Positions 10,273 to 18,905 of a DNA stretch of 43,556 nucleotides are shown here, one piece after another. This DNA is from Promethearchaeota archaeon (lineage in GTDB: Archaea; Asgardarchaeota; Lokiarchaeia; Sigyniarchaeales; SOKP01): NCBI GenBank assembly GCA_016840085.1, contig JAEOTA010000002.1, forward strand, positions 1-43,556, read 5' to 3'. Made by a program: the position numbers and the translations under genes. Below the pieces are notes generated by a model that made no database searches, was not told where the DNA came from, and was given only the letters and a program-made list of their open reading frames with translations. The first letter of the stretch is position 1. Each line of letters starts with the position of its first letter.

Positions 10273-10381
10273 TTATATTAAATAAAATTTTTTTATTTTT
10301 ATAACTTTTTGTTGTAAATATTGTTTGTTATATTAATAAAGTTTTTCTATTTTTATAACTTTCTGTAGTATAATATTGTTT
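10273..10381. promoter_or_regulatory. Imperfect tandem duplication (period 55 bp) in the divergent SBP/TrmB promoter
   Basis: 10273-10326 and 10328-10381 align closely. Each reads AAAG-TTATAAAA (BRE/TATA-like) on the minus strand. Confidence 0.7.
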
Positions 10382-10432
10382 TTTTCTAATAATTAAAATA
10401 ATAAATTATTAAATCAATTATCGTACGAGAGG

Positions 10433-11491
10433 TTGTGGGTAATGCAAACGGATGAAAAAATATTATTGCTTCTTCAAGATCTGGGGTTAACAAGAAGCGA
10501 GGCACGAGTTTATGTCGCGTTGGTTGCCAGAGGAGTTTCTGCGGCTACCGACATCGTTAGAGACGCGAAAGTGCCACACCCAAGAATCTATGACATTATA
10601 GCGAACCTATTGACTAAGGGTTTAGTGGAGATACAAACGGGAAAACGGCGTAAATACAAGGCGACTAAACCAAGTGTCGCATTTGCAAGACTTATGAATA
10701 GATTCAGGGAAAAGGGAGAATTGGTTACGCAATATCTGAGTAAGATTTACAACAAGAAGAAGGAAATACCATCCATCTGGATGCTAAAAGGAAGAGACAA
10801 TGTGATTGATAAAATTTTGGAGATTTTGTATAAAGCCGAGAATGAAGTTTTGTTATCCATTCCAGCTAACCTACTGGGAACTTTAGAGAAGCATTTGAGG
10901 AAAGCGGAGAACAGGGGTGTTGTAACCTCGCTTGTTATCTATCTGGACGGGGGAAAAAGTCAGGTAGATACCAAAATAGCCAGATATGCGGATGTTAGAG
11001 TAAGAGAGACGCCAGCTAGCATTCTATCCCTAGCAGATTTCAATGAATGCCTCCTATGTTCATACAATACCCTAACATCCCAGCCCCCTGTTGGTGAGGG
11101 ACATGCCATAGTGGTAGGAGATTTTGAGCTTCTACAAATTCTAAGTTACTTCTTTTACCACTCATTTTGGATTCACTCAAAACCCCTTATACAGGAAGCC
11201 CTAACAAGGAAATACACCAAGAATTTTGTACACATGTGGAAAACGATCGAGGAGGTTGACATGTTGATGAAGAAAGGTTACAATGTTAAAGCATTGATTA
11301 AAGGGAAAAACGTCATAGACCAAACACCTACCGAATTTGAGGCCTTGATTATTGAAACGAGGAACATAAACGCAAGAGTCTTCTCGCTAATAGTAGAGAA
11401 AACAGACGGTACTAAAATCGCTGTTGGGGGTCGTGACGCATCCATTGAGGATGTCGAGGCAACTACTATAACACTTATACCGATCGAATAA
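10433..11491 (+). CDS. trmB: TrmB-family sugar-sensing transcriptional regulator
   Basis: LGLTRSEARVYVAL...VPHPRIYD wHTH, AENEVLLS PLD-like domain and C-terminal VGGRDASIEDVEA effector motif. Start may be ATG 10442. Confidence 0.9.
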   Translation: MWVMQTDEKILLLLQDLGLTRSEARVYVALVARGVSAATDIVRDAKVPHPRIYDIIANLLTKGLVEIQTGKRRKYKATKPSVAFARLMNRFREKGELVTQYLSKIYNKKKEIPSIWMLKGRDNVIDKILEILYKAENEVLLSIPANLLGTLEKHLRKAENRGVVTSLVIYLDGGKSQVDTKIARYADVRVRETPASILSLADFNECLLCSYNTLTSQPPVGEGHAIVVGDFELLQILSYFFYHSFWIHSKPLIQEALTRKYTKNFVHMWKTIEEVDMLMKKGYNVKALIKGKNVIDQTPTEFEALIIETRNINARVFSLIVEKTDGTKIAVGGRDASIEDVEATTITLIPIE

Positions 11492-12239
11492 TCGGACTTC
11501 AAGAACTAATATGACGATAATTTGGGGAAAATAGTGAATAGATTTAATAGGTAAACCATTCCAATTGAGGGCTTGTTAAAAAAATTAAGGGCTTGGAAAA
11601 GTCTGCTTTTCATAAATCACGAGTTTTTCTTAGATGGATGATTTAATAAAAAAAATTTTTCAGCTGGCATTGTTATATTAGATGTTAAGATAAGCGATAT
11701 CAAAAAAATTGTTGAGGGTGAAAATTTAATTAAAGTATTAAGAGAAATTTATTATAAAATCAGGTATAAATTATCTTAGAATAATATTTTTAGATGAGAT
11801 TTTATTATTTACTAAATTTGCGTTCTTTGGAAATTATTTGAAAAATTCTATGTTTCTTTAAAGAATCCATCTCTTTTTTAACAGAACTTAAATCTTTTAG
11901 GAAGTTGAAATTAACTTCTTTAGTTGCTTCAAAATTTATATAATTATCAACAATATCTATAATATATATTGGAATTAGAAATTCTTAAGGGAAATAATTT
12001 TTGGGTGAACTATTTTTTAACAGTCTCATTATGGATTTAGATGGAAATTGAACTATCTTTAGCTGTTCCTATATCAAATCTGGCTCCTTGTAATTGCAAT
12101 TGTTCTTCTCTTTTTCTACATAATTCTACCTTTTCGAAATCTTCTAATCCGTAATACTCATATTTTAAATTTTTAAAGATATTTTTTCTTTAAATAAAAA
12201 CCCTTTTTCTCATTATTTAAAAAGTTTTTTGGAGATAGT

Positions 12240-12527
12240 ATTAAATTTACTTCAATAACTGTATATGATGGAGCAAATACAATTGGCGGGAACAAAATTT
12301 ATGTCGAAAATGACGGTAAGGGCGTCTTCCTTGACTTTGGTATGAATTTTGCGAATTATAATTTGTATTATCAGAATTTCTTAAGGGATAGAACAAAAAG
12401 AGGGATTTATGACTTAATCAATCTTGACCTTCTACCCAAATTGAATATTTATCGAGAAGACTTGATTCCTTCCAATTTAATTGTATCAAGTTATCCAAGA
12501 TTGGATGTAAGTCTTATGAAGTCTTGA
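12240..12527 (+). pseudogene. Truncated MBL-fold metallo-hydrolase (RNase J-like), N-terminus only
   Basis: The frame extends upstream of ATG 12342: ITVYDGANTIGGNKIYVE..GVFLDFGMNF. It stops at RLDVSLMKS*, where HxHxDH would follow. Confidence 0.75.
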
Positions 12528-12988
12528 GTTAGCGATTCGGGAAGATATGATCTAAACTTTTTTTTTACAAATTTAATATATTTAGCTTTTAGGCAATTTT
12601 TTGTAGGTTTGTCCATATCGGATAGAGATACTAACTTCCCAAATCTTATTTAATGCCAGTAAATCAATCCCTAATAATAACTCATTTAGACCTAAGATAA
12701 ATAAGAAAGGCATAACAGAATAGTACTGCAATAGAGTTCGGATAAGAAAGAAATTCAGCCAAAAAAGATATAGATTAACAATATTACTGAAAATTAATAA
12801 GAAGAGTTGATGTATTCCAAATTCTATATGAAACACTATATCTCGTATCTTTTGAAACCATAATAACATTATTCTAGAAACATTATAGCAATTTATTTAT
12901 AAAGGAAAAATCATCACCCATTTTTTATTTAAATAGATTCGCTCTACATTTTTGTTAAATAATAATAGGGTATTATTAGTAGCTAAAA

Positions 12989-13246
12989 ATGGAACTTAGT
13001 AATATTGATGACATTAGACCTAGATTAGTAAGAGTCTTGGTGAAATGTATTAATATTTTATGTAAAGAGGTAGATAATCCACGATCAAAACAAGAATTTC
13101 AAAATTCAGTAAAAGCAATGCAACTATTTGAAAATATCTTATATAAAATTAAAAATAGAAGCATAATGTTATCACAAGAAGAGTATATTGCTCAACTAAC
13201 ATCAGTATATCAGGTAATGAATGCGATATTTGGGAATAAGAAATGA
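12989..13246 (+). CDS. Hypothetical helical protein
   Basis: 85-aa ATG ORF with native-like composition; no motif recognised. Confidence 0.55.
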   Translation: MELSNIDDIRPRLVRVLVKCINILCKEVDNPRSKQEFQNSVKAMQLFENILYKIKNRSIMLSQEEYIAQLTSVYQVMNAIFGNKK

Positions 13247-13378
13247 TTCTTATATAGAAATGTAGAAATATTAGTACTTCACTTTCAATATTCTAACAAA
13301 GATGGAAATCTTCACCCTCTTTTGTTTTTTATTTATAAATATCTGTCTAGTGTAACAGTTAAATTCAAGGAGAACACG

Positions 13379-14074
13379 ATGACACTCACTACTTCGCCCA
13401 AAGGATATGACCTTACCGAGTATAGACAATTCAACTCCAATACTCATAAAGGCATGGATAGACCTATTTTGTGGAATAGGATCAATCTCAACACTTCAAA
13501 TACCCGTCATATCCTTTCCCTACTTGCAAATGATGAAGTGGATAATACCCCGATTCTTGCGTTTCTACGACAAGGATTCTCTCTAAATACCGATTTCAGA
13601 TTTCTATTTTTATTAACCACAATAGGAAGGCGTACTCTTAATTTCATACAATTCTGCAAGTTAATAGGCATTTTTTCGTCTATCAATGAAGTATATAGAA
13701 GAAAATATCAAGCAGTTCGGATGTTTAAAAATATGATTTGTCATACAAGTTCAGGGAAAAACTTTCCGATACAGTGCCCTGAAGATTTGGTCTATAAGTT
13801 GAATACGTTTAATTCACTTGCCAATCAAGGAACGATTACTTATTTCGATATTCTGGATTGTGCGTCTGATGATATATGTAAAGGCAAAATTAAAGCCAAT
13901 GAGTATGTAAACATTATCTATTTGATTATGAAAGCGGCGTATAAATCATTTGGACTTCGGTCATTTGAGCGTGAGATTTGTAAAAAAGCTTTGAGTGTAT
14001 TTCGAACATTAAAAAATAAAAAATATAGTGCGGCGTTTCAAAAGATTTTATACAGGGTAAAAAAGAATTACTAA
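13379..14074 (+). CDS. Hypothetical protein
   Basis: Long ORF. ATG 13379 is preceded by AGGAGA; no motif recognised. Confidence 0.6.
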   Translation: MTLTTSPKGYDLTEYRQFNSNTHKGMDRPILWNRINLNTSNTRHILSLLANDEVDNTPILAFLRQGFSLNTDFRFLFLLTTIGRRTLNFIQFCKLIGIFSSINEVYRRKYQAVRMFKNMICHTSSGKNFPIQCPEDLVYKLNTFNSLANQGTITYFDILDCASDDICKGKIKANEYVNIIYLIMKAAYKSFGLRSFEREICKKALSVFRTLKNKKYSAAFQKILYRVKKNY

Positions 14075-14089
14075 TGAGACTATATATGA

Positions 14090-14572
14090 TTAGAGCATTT
14101 TAGACAATAATCTTTTCAATATCTTTTGTAGTTCCGCTAAAGTTTCATCATTTACTATTCCTTCAGATTCCCCTGAAAATTCTAAGAGGAAGTTTTCAAT
14201 TTGCTCCTCTTTATTTTTAACAATGGGTTCTTCAATCGAAGCAACTTTCTTCTGAACGATTTGAGCAATAACTGGTTCTAATAAGGTTATAATCTCTTTA
14301 AGCAATTTCTCTCGTACTTGTGCTCCTTTTTGCGTTAATTTATATTCTCTACGGTCATCTCCTGCAAAATCCCCCTCTTTCTCCAGAATTTCAATCCATC
14401 CTAAGTTATGAAAAGTTTCTATTCTATCATAAAAACTTATCTTGAATTCTTGAGGAAAATGATTTCTAATTTTTTTTGAGGTGATAAATTCTGTGGTGTT
14501 TAGCAGTTGTAACAATGCAATCTTTCTTATTGCATTAAATAACCGCTTTTCACTCATAAATACATATCCCAT
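14090..14572 (-). CDS. Winged-helix (PadR-like) transcriptional regulator
   Basis: SFYDRIETFHNLGWIE...RREYKLTQKG wing motif. Confidence 0.8.
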   Translation of the reverse strand: MGYVFMSEKRLFNAIRKIALLQLLNTTEFITSKKIRNHFPQEFKISFYDRIETFHNLGWIEILEKEGDFAGDDRREYKLTQKGAQVREKLLKEIITLLEPVIAQIVQKKVASIEEPIVKNKEEQIENFLLEFSGESEGIVNDETLAELQKILKRLLSKML

Positions 14573-14593
14573 TAAGTTTTTATTATAATTGAA

Positions 14594-14700
14594 TCTAGTC
14601 TTGGTAATATTTAAGTCTAGTTTCAGAAGTTTCTTAGTCTAGTGTCGGAAAAAATAGAAACTTTAAATATGTGAGTAACTATTTATCTTCTTAGAAACTA
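14594..14700. promoter_or_regulatory. Operator-like repeat array between divergent regulators
   Basis: TCTAGT at 14594, 14616 and 14638 (22-bp period). Two AGTTTC copies face two inverted TAGAAACT copies. Confidence 0.55.
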
Positions 14701-14762
14701 TAAAATTTTTATTACAGGGTTAAGGGACAATTATTTAAGATCTGAAGTCAGAGACGTAAGAA

Positions 14763-15029
14763 ATGCCAGTTGGGAGAATTGTATTAGATGAAGAAGTAAC
14801 TCAAGTTGTTGATGATACAAAAAAGATTTTCGGTATAAAAATACCAGGTATGTCTCAATCTGTGAAGAAAATATGTGAAATTGCGATTGAGCTACAAGAT
14901 GATTTTAAAGTATCTGTTGAGAATTTGCTTAATATTATTCAAGAGCACTGTCCTGCGCTAATTGATTCAGTAACAGTTCTTCAGGTCCTTAAAATCTACA
15001 AAAAGTATTCGAGTAGAGAAATAAAGTAG
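14763..15029 (+). CDS. Small protein, possibly ribbon-helix-helix DNA-binding
   Basis: N-terminal strand GRIVLD, then helix-turn-helix (EEVTQVVDD..MSQSVKKICEIAI). The fold is inferred. Confidence 0.55.
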   Translation: MPVGRIVLDEEVTQVVDDTKKIFGIKIPGMSQSVKKICEIAIELQDDFKVSVENLLNIIQEHCPALIDSVTVLQVLKIYKKYSSREIK

Positions 15030-15083
15030 TTTTTTTGTTTAAATATAATCCCTTCCCTTTAATTTTTATATAAAAAAAAGAAA

Positions 15084-15254
15084 ATGCTATGTGATCGTTG
15101 TAAAAAAGAAATTATTGGTATCCATCTTTTCAAAAGAAGGATAAGAAGAGATTTAGTATTATGCCAAAGTTGTAGGGAGAAGGAAATCAGGAAAAAATTG
15201 AGGAGGAAAAAAAATTTCAGAATACCGTTTAAAAATATCAAGGTGAAATATTGA
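15084..15254 (+). CDS. Unannotated 56-aa basic zinc-finger protein
   Basis: MLCDRCKKE...VLCQSCREKEIRKK. Its TGA overlaps the TTG start of the next gene. Confidence 0.65.
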   Translation: MLCDRCKKEIIGIHLFKRRIRRDLVLCQSCREKEIRKKLRRKKNFRIPFKNIKVKY

Positions 15255-16945
15255 AAGGAGAAAATACACCTATAGGATTCTTCGATAAAAATACAATTAA
15301 GGGTAATATTTATGGCATTAAGGAGTTTAAAGTAAATCAATATATCACATTGCGATTAGAAGATAATTCGACGAATATATACGTTAATGGGAAGTTATTT
15401 AATCAGTGTAAATATCTTCTGTTGAATATCTCAAAAGATAATATTGAAGACTGCGATGAATATAAGTCAATTGACGAAGCTGCTGAATTTCTGGATAACT
15501 CATTAGAACTTTCCTCGGTATCCCAGATAACCCCTTTTGAAGAGTTTTTTGGACATTGTTCAAATTTGCAGACATGGTATGAATATGGATATGATACACG
15601 GTTATTACATTCAGATTTAGCATTTCCTTTATTAAAGAAATTAGCAAAGGTAGGGGATCTTTTAGCGCTCAGAGCGTTTAAGGAAGAAATTGCCACTCGT
15701 TTTGAAAGTGGATTTCCCCCTACAATTCTATTTTTAGTTAAAGGCCATTATTTGTCGTATCTACACCATGATGAACTTACTGTACTTTTAGAAAATATTG
15801 ATTTTTCAACCTTAGAAAAGTATAGTTCGACCGATTTTTTCCAATTGTTAATGGAATTTGAAGAGTTAGGTGTCCATAAAGCAAAGTTATATTATAAAGA
15901 AGAGATCCGCAAGTTATTTGAAAAATATGATTTATATATGATTGGAGAATTTTTGCATGAAGATCTTTTCACTATTTTAAATAATGAAGAATTTGGTGAC
16001 TTCTCTGTTGATTTTATAGAAAAAGTAGGGAATTTTAGAGATCATAAGAGCTATTTTGAAGTGATTGAGGCTCTTTTTTATGAACTGCATAGACGAAGCT
16101 TTTTTTCTGATAAAAATCCATATATTGAAAAAATTATTACTAGTTTTTTCTCTCAGATCACAGTAGAGAGCCATACTGAATGGTCAGAAATAATTTTTGG
16201 AATGTTAGATCATTTTAGAGACTTGATGCTTTATCCCATGTTCCTCTCTGAGTTATTGGTTGTTTTTAACAAACTGGACAGGTATAAAAGAGGCGTGATT
16301 CTTAGACATATACTTTGGAGAATTAAAGATTCAGAAATAGTATATAAGCAATTTGGACTCCTATTTCAAATGCTTGAGGTTGTCTTAGCAGATATCACTG
16401 AAATAGAAACTGCCTATGATGCTGGTTATATGTATTCAGATCTACTCCTATCACTTGATAAGACTCCTTTCTTAAGGGAAGTGTGTGATGCACTAAGAGA
16501 GAAGTTAGTATATATTCTCAATAATCTCAATCTTGAATCTCAATACGCCACGGGAAGATTAGTTGAGTCTTTGCTTAGCTCTATTTTATCAATAGTCGAT
16601 AATTTCACTCGATCTTGTTTATACGATCAATTAAAGGCTCATTCTATTTACAACAAGTTTAAGGATTTTATTTTAATAAGAAAGTATTTAGAATTTGATA
16701 CGTATTCACTTAAACAGTTCATGGAAGACCATGGAGCAGCTTCAGTAGATTTAGATACTGCCTTATCATTACAAGATTATCTCTATTTTTTAGCAGAAAG
16801 TATTATAAATACAGCTCTTAAGATAGCTCATCACCTTGGTGAAAAAAGGATTTCTATAAGAATAATGGAGCTAGTAATAGCTTTAGTATCTTTGGATAAA
16901 ATATTTTCCGCAGAATTATCTAGTAAAAATGATTTATATATTTAA
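15251..16945 (+). CDS. Multidomain protein: Loki-expanded N-terminal domain, helical region, C-terminal histone-fold-like domain
   Basis: N-term EFKVNQYITLRLE..IYVNG..F.QCKYLLLNI...EEFFGHCSNLQ.W.E..YDTRLLH..LAFPLLKKL, recalled from Lokiarchaeal LRR-protein families. Residues ~482-546 resemble archaeal histones. Confidence 0.8.
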   Translation: MKGENTPIGFFDKNTIKGNIYGIKEFKVNQYITLRLEDNSTNIYVNGKLFNQCKYLLLNISKDNIEDCDEYKSIDEAAEFLDNSLELSSVSQITPFEEFFGHCSNLQTWYEYGYDTRLLHSDLAFPLLKKLAKVGDLLALRAFKEEIATRFESGFPPTILFLVKGHYLSYLHHDELTVLLENIDFSTLEKYSSTDFFQLLMEFEELGVHKAKLYYKEEIRKLFEKYDLYMIGEFLHEDLFTILNNEEFGDFSVDFIEKVGNFRDHKSYFEVIEALFYELHRRSFFSDKNPYIEKIITSFFSQITVESHTEWSEIIFGMLDHFRDLMLYPMFLSELLVVFNKLDRYKRGVILRHILWRIKDSEIVYKQFGLLFQMLEVVLADITEIETAYDAGYMYSDLLLSLDKTPFLREVCDALREKLVYILNNLNLESQYATGRLVESLLSSILSIVDNFTRSCLYDQLKAHSIYNKFKDFILIRKYLEFDTYSLKQFMEDHGAASVDLDTALSLQDYLYFLAESIINTALKIAHHLGEKRISIRIMELVIALVSLDKIFSAELSSKNDLYI

Positions 16946-16997
16946 GGTGTGTTTTTTATTTCTTATATAAGAATTTTATGTGTAAAAGAGACTGTAA

Positions 16998-17501
16998 ATG
17001 AGCGACACAAAATTAAGAGATATGATTAAGGAATATCTTTCCGATGCTGAATTAAAAGAGACGTTACATGATCCTAAGTTAGAACTTGGATTCCGCTTTA
17101 TGTTTCCACCAGGTAAGAATCCACAGGGTAGACCTATCGGACGTCCTTTTACTGTGGTAAAGGTAAAAAACAAAAATGTTTTAGAACTTTCAAGCCTGAT
17201 CAATATTTCACCAGATCACACAGAAAAATTGGATGCAATGGAAAAAGGTTCAAAAGAAAAATTCTTTAAGACTCTAATAAAGACCTTCTTTCTGAAGGAA
17301 GTGTTTTTTAATATTGATCAAAGCCATAACAGATATATGATAATTGATAATATTTTTTTATCTTCAGGAGAAATTATAACTAAGAACACCTTCTATAACA
17401 GTATACGCAAAGTGCTTGGCTGTGTGTTGTATAGCATAGCCGAATTACAAGACTTCTGCGCCGGAGAGTTTGATATTTCTGATTTAAAATTAATTCCTTA
17501 A
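16998..17501 (+). CDS. DUF2299-like protein
   Basis: FMFPPG..GRPFTVVK.K...LELSSLINISPDH pattern and size resemble archaeal DUF2299. Confidence 0.6.
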   Translation: MSDTKLRDMIKEYLSDAELKETLHDPKLELGFRFMFPPGKNPQGRPIGRPFTVVKVKNKNVLELSSLINISPDHTEKLDAMEKGSKEKFFKTLIKTFFLKEVFFNIDQSHNRYMIIDNIFLSSGEIITKNTFYNSIRKVLGCVLYSIAELQDFCAGEFDISDLKLIP

Positions 17502-17523
17502 TCCAAATACCAAGAATAAGCGA

Positions 17524-18009
17524 ATGAAAATGGGAGAAAAAAATCTTAATGTAGCAACCTTTTATTCAGGCCTGATCGCAATATTATTAGGAATAATTAT
17601 CTACCTTCTGCTTTCTGAAGATCCTACCGCAACAGATAAAGCCGGAGCCAGCATTGGGGCATTCTTTTTGGTGATATTTGGTGTTATGTTTATTACCGGA
17701 GTGATTAGAATCATAGTTCCTTCTTTTGGAAAGAAAAAGTTGATCGTTGAAAAGTTAAAGGCATGGGGGCTTTTGGATTCAGTGAGGGATTATAATTATT
17801 TCAAAGAAATTCAAGCAATTCCGTTTTATCAAAAGTTAGAAGAATTTGGAGAGGAATTTATCGAAGATTATATTAAAGTAATGCGTCTCAAGACGTTAAA
17901 AAAGATCAGACAATATATTGAAAGCCTATCAGAATCACATAGAAAGATTCGTATTGCAGCCACCTATTATAACATAAAAAATGATCAAGATACAAGATTT
18001 AAGAAGTGA
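17524..18009 (+). CDS. Membrane protein: 2 TM plus unknown helical domain (paralog of next gene)
   Basis: Two hydrophobic segments, then a domain EKLKAWGLL...FYQKLEEFG...IAATYYNI. Confidence 0.75.
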   Translation: MKMGEKNLNVATFYSGLIAILLGIIIYLLLSEDPTATDKAGASIGAFFLVIFGVMFITGVIRIIVPSFGKKKLIVEKLKAWGLLDSVRDYNYFKEIQAIPFYQKLEEFGEEFIEDYIKVMRLKTLKKIRQYIESLSESHRKIRIAATYYNIKNDQDTRFKK

Positions 18010-18019
18010 AAAAAGAAGA

Positions 18020-18313
18020 ATGGTAGATATTCAGAATATTAAGGAAAAGCTGATAGCATGGAATCTCTTGAATACCAACGAGGATTATAGGTTTTTCAAG
18101 GAGATTGAGCCATTGCTTTTTTTTCAGAAATTGGAACGTTTTGGAGATCAATTTGTACACGATTATCTTAAAATTATGAATCTCAAAACGTCTAAAGATA
18201 TCAGAAGATATATTGAGAGCGTGTCTGATTCTAAAAGAAAAATTTTAATTGCAGACACCTATTTTAACATAATGAAAGGTCAAAAAATAAGATTAAAATC
18301 AGTCCCTTTATAA
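18020..18313 (+). CDS. Soluble paralog of the preceding domain
   Basis: EKLIAWNLL...FFQKLERFG...IADTYFNI. Probable start is ATG 18020. Confidence 0.75.
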   Translation: MVDIQNIKEKLIAWNLLNTNEDYRFFKEIEPLLFFQKLERFGDQFVHDYLKIMNLKTSKDIRRYIESVSDSKRKILIADTYFNIMKGQKIRLKSVPL

Positions 18314-18360
18314 TTAATATGGTAGTATTCAAAAGGTATCAAAAATCATTTTGATGAAGT

Positions 18361-18822
18361 ATGGTAGCATATTATAATTTGTTTGAGCTTGGCTATCAAA
18401 TATCTCTTTTCCCTATTCATTCCGTAGAGGCACTTGTAGGAGGTATCGAAGCCTTTAAGCCAAGATATGAAAAAGTGAGAGAGCTTTTATGGCAACCGCG
18501 ATTATGGAATGCATATAAACCATTTGAGAACGTGATCCGATTTCAAAAGGACACCACATGGTTAACAGAAAATTATGAATACCTAAAAAGTGCTCATGAA
18601 GATCTCCAGAAGGCGATCTATACCTCACTTCGAAAAAAGAATGATAGAGCAATATTTGAGTTAGGAAACACTTCCAACAGGACCACCCTTTCATCATTGA
18701 TAGGTAAATTAATAGAAGAAAATATTATTCCTAAATCCGTAGCAGAATATCCCGTTCCTACAGATGAGAATGAATTGAGTACATTTAAAGAGGACCTTCT
18801 GAATTGCTTTAAGAATCCATAA
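18361..18822 (+). CDS. Hypothetical protein
   Basis: 153-aa co-oriented ORF; no motif recognised. Confidence 0.6.
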   Translation: MVAYYNLFELGYQISLFPIHSVEALVGGIEAFKPRYEKVRELLWQPRLWNAYKPFENVIRFQKDTTWLTENYEYLKSAHEDLQKAIYTSLRKKNDRAIFELGNTSNRTTLSSLIGKLIEENIIPKSVAEYPVPTDENELSTFKEDLLNCFKNP

Positions 18823-18858
18823 AACTCTCATTCCAAGCCGAAAAGTTTTTCTTTATCA

Positions 18859-18895
18859 ATGATACCTAAAAAAATGATACCTAAAAAAAAGATAC
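18859..18895. repeat. 15-bp tandem repeat ATGATACCTAAAAAA (about 2.5 copies)
   Basis: Seen directly between convergent genes. Confidence 0.7.
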
Positions 18896-18905
18896 ATAAT
18901 TCTTA

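Noticed and set aside
8371-11502. ORFs 8371-8601, 9360-9632 and 11278-11502
   Set aside because: Antisense to well-supported genes.
11510-12180. Coding-like fragments after trmB
   Set aside because: Interrupted by stops and no family recognised; probably debris.
12582-12869. 95-aa hydrophobic minus-strand ORF
   Set aside because: Could be a small membrane protein, but the composition is expected from T-rich DNA and nothing else supports it.
15059-17203. Minus-strand ORFs at 15059, 15399, 15403, 15977 and 16976
   Set aside because: Shadows of + strand genes.
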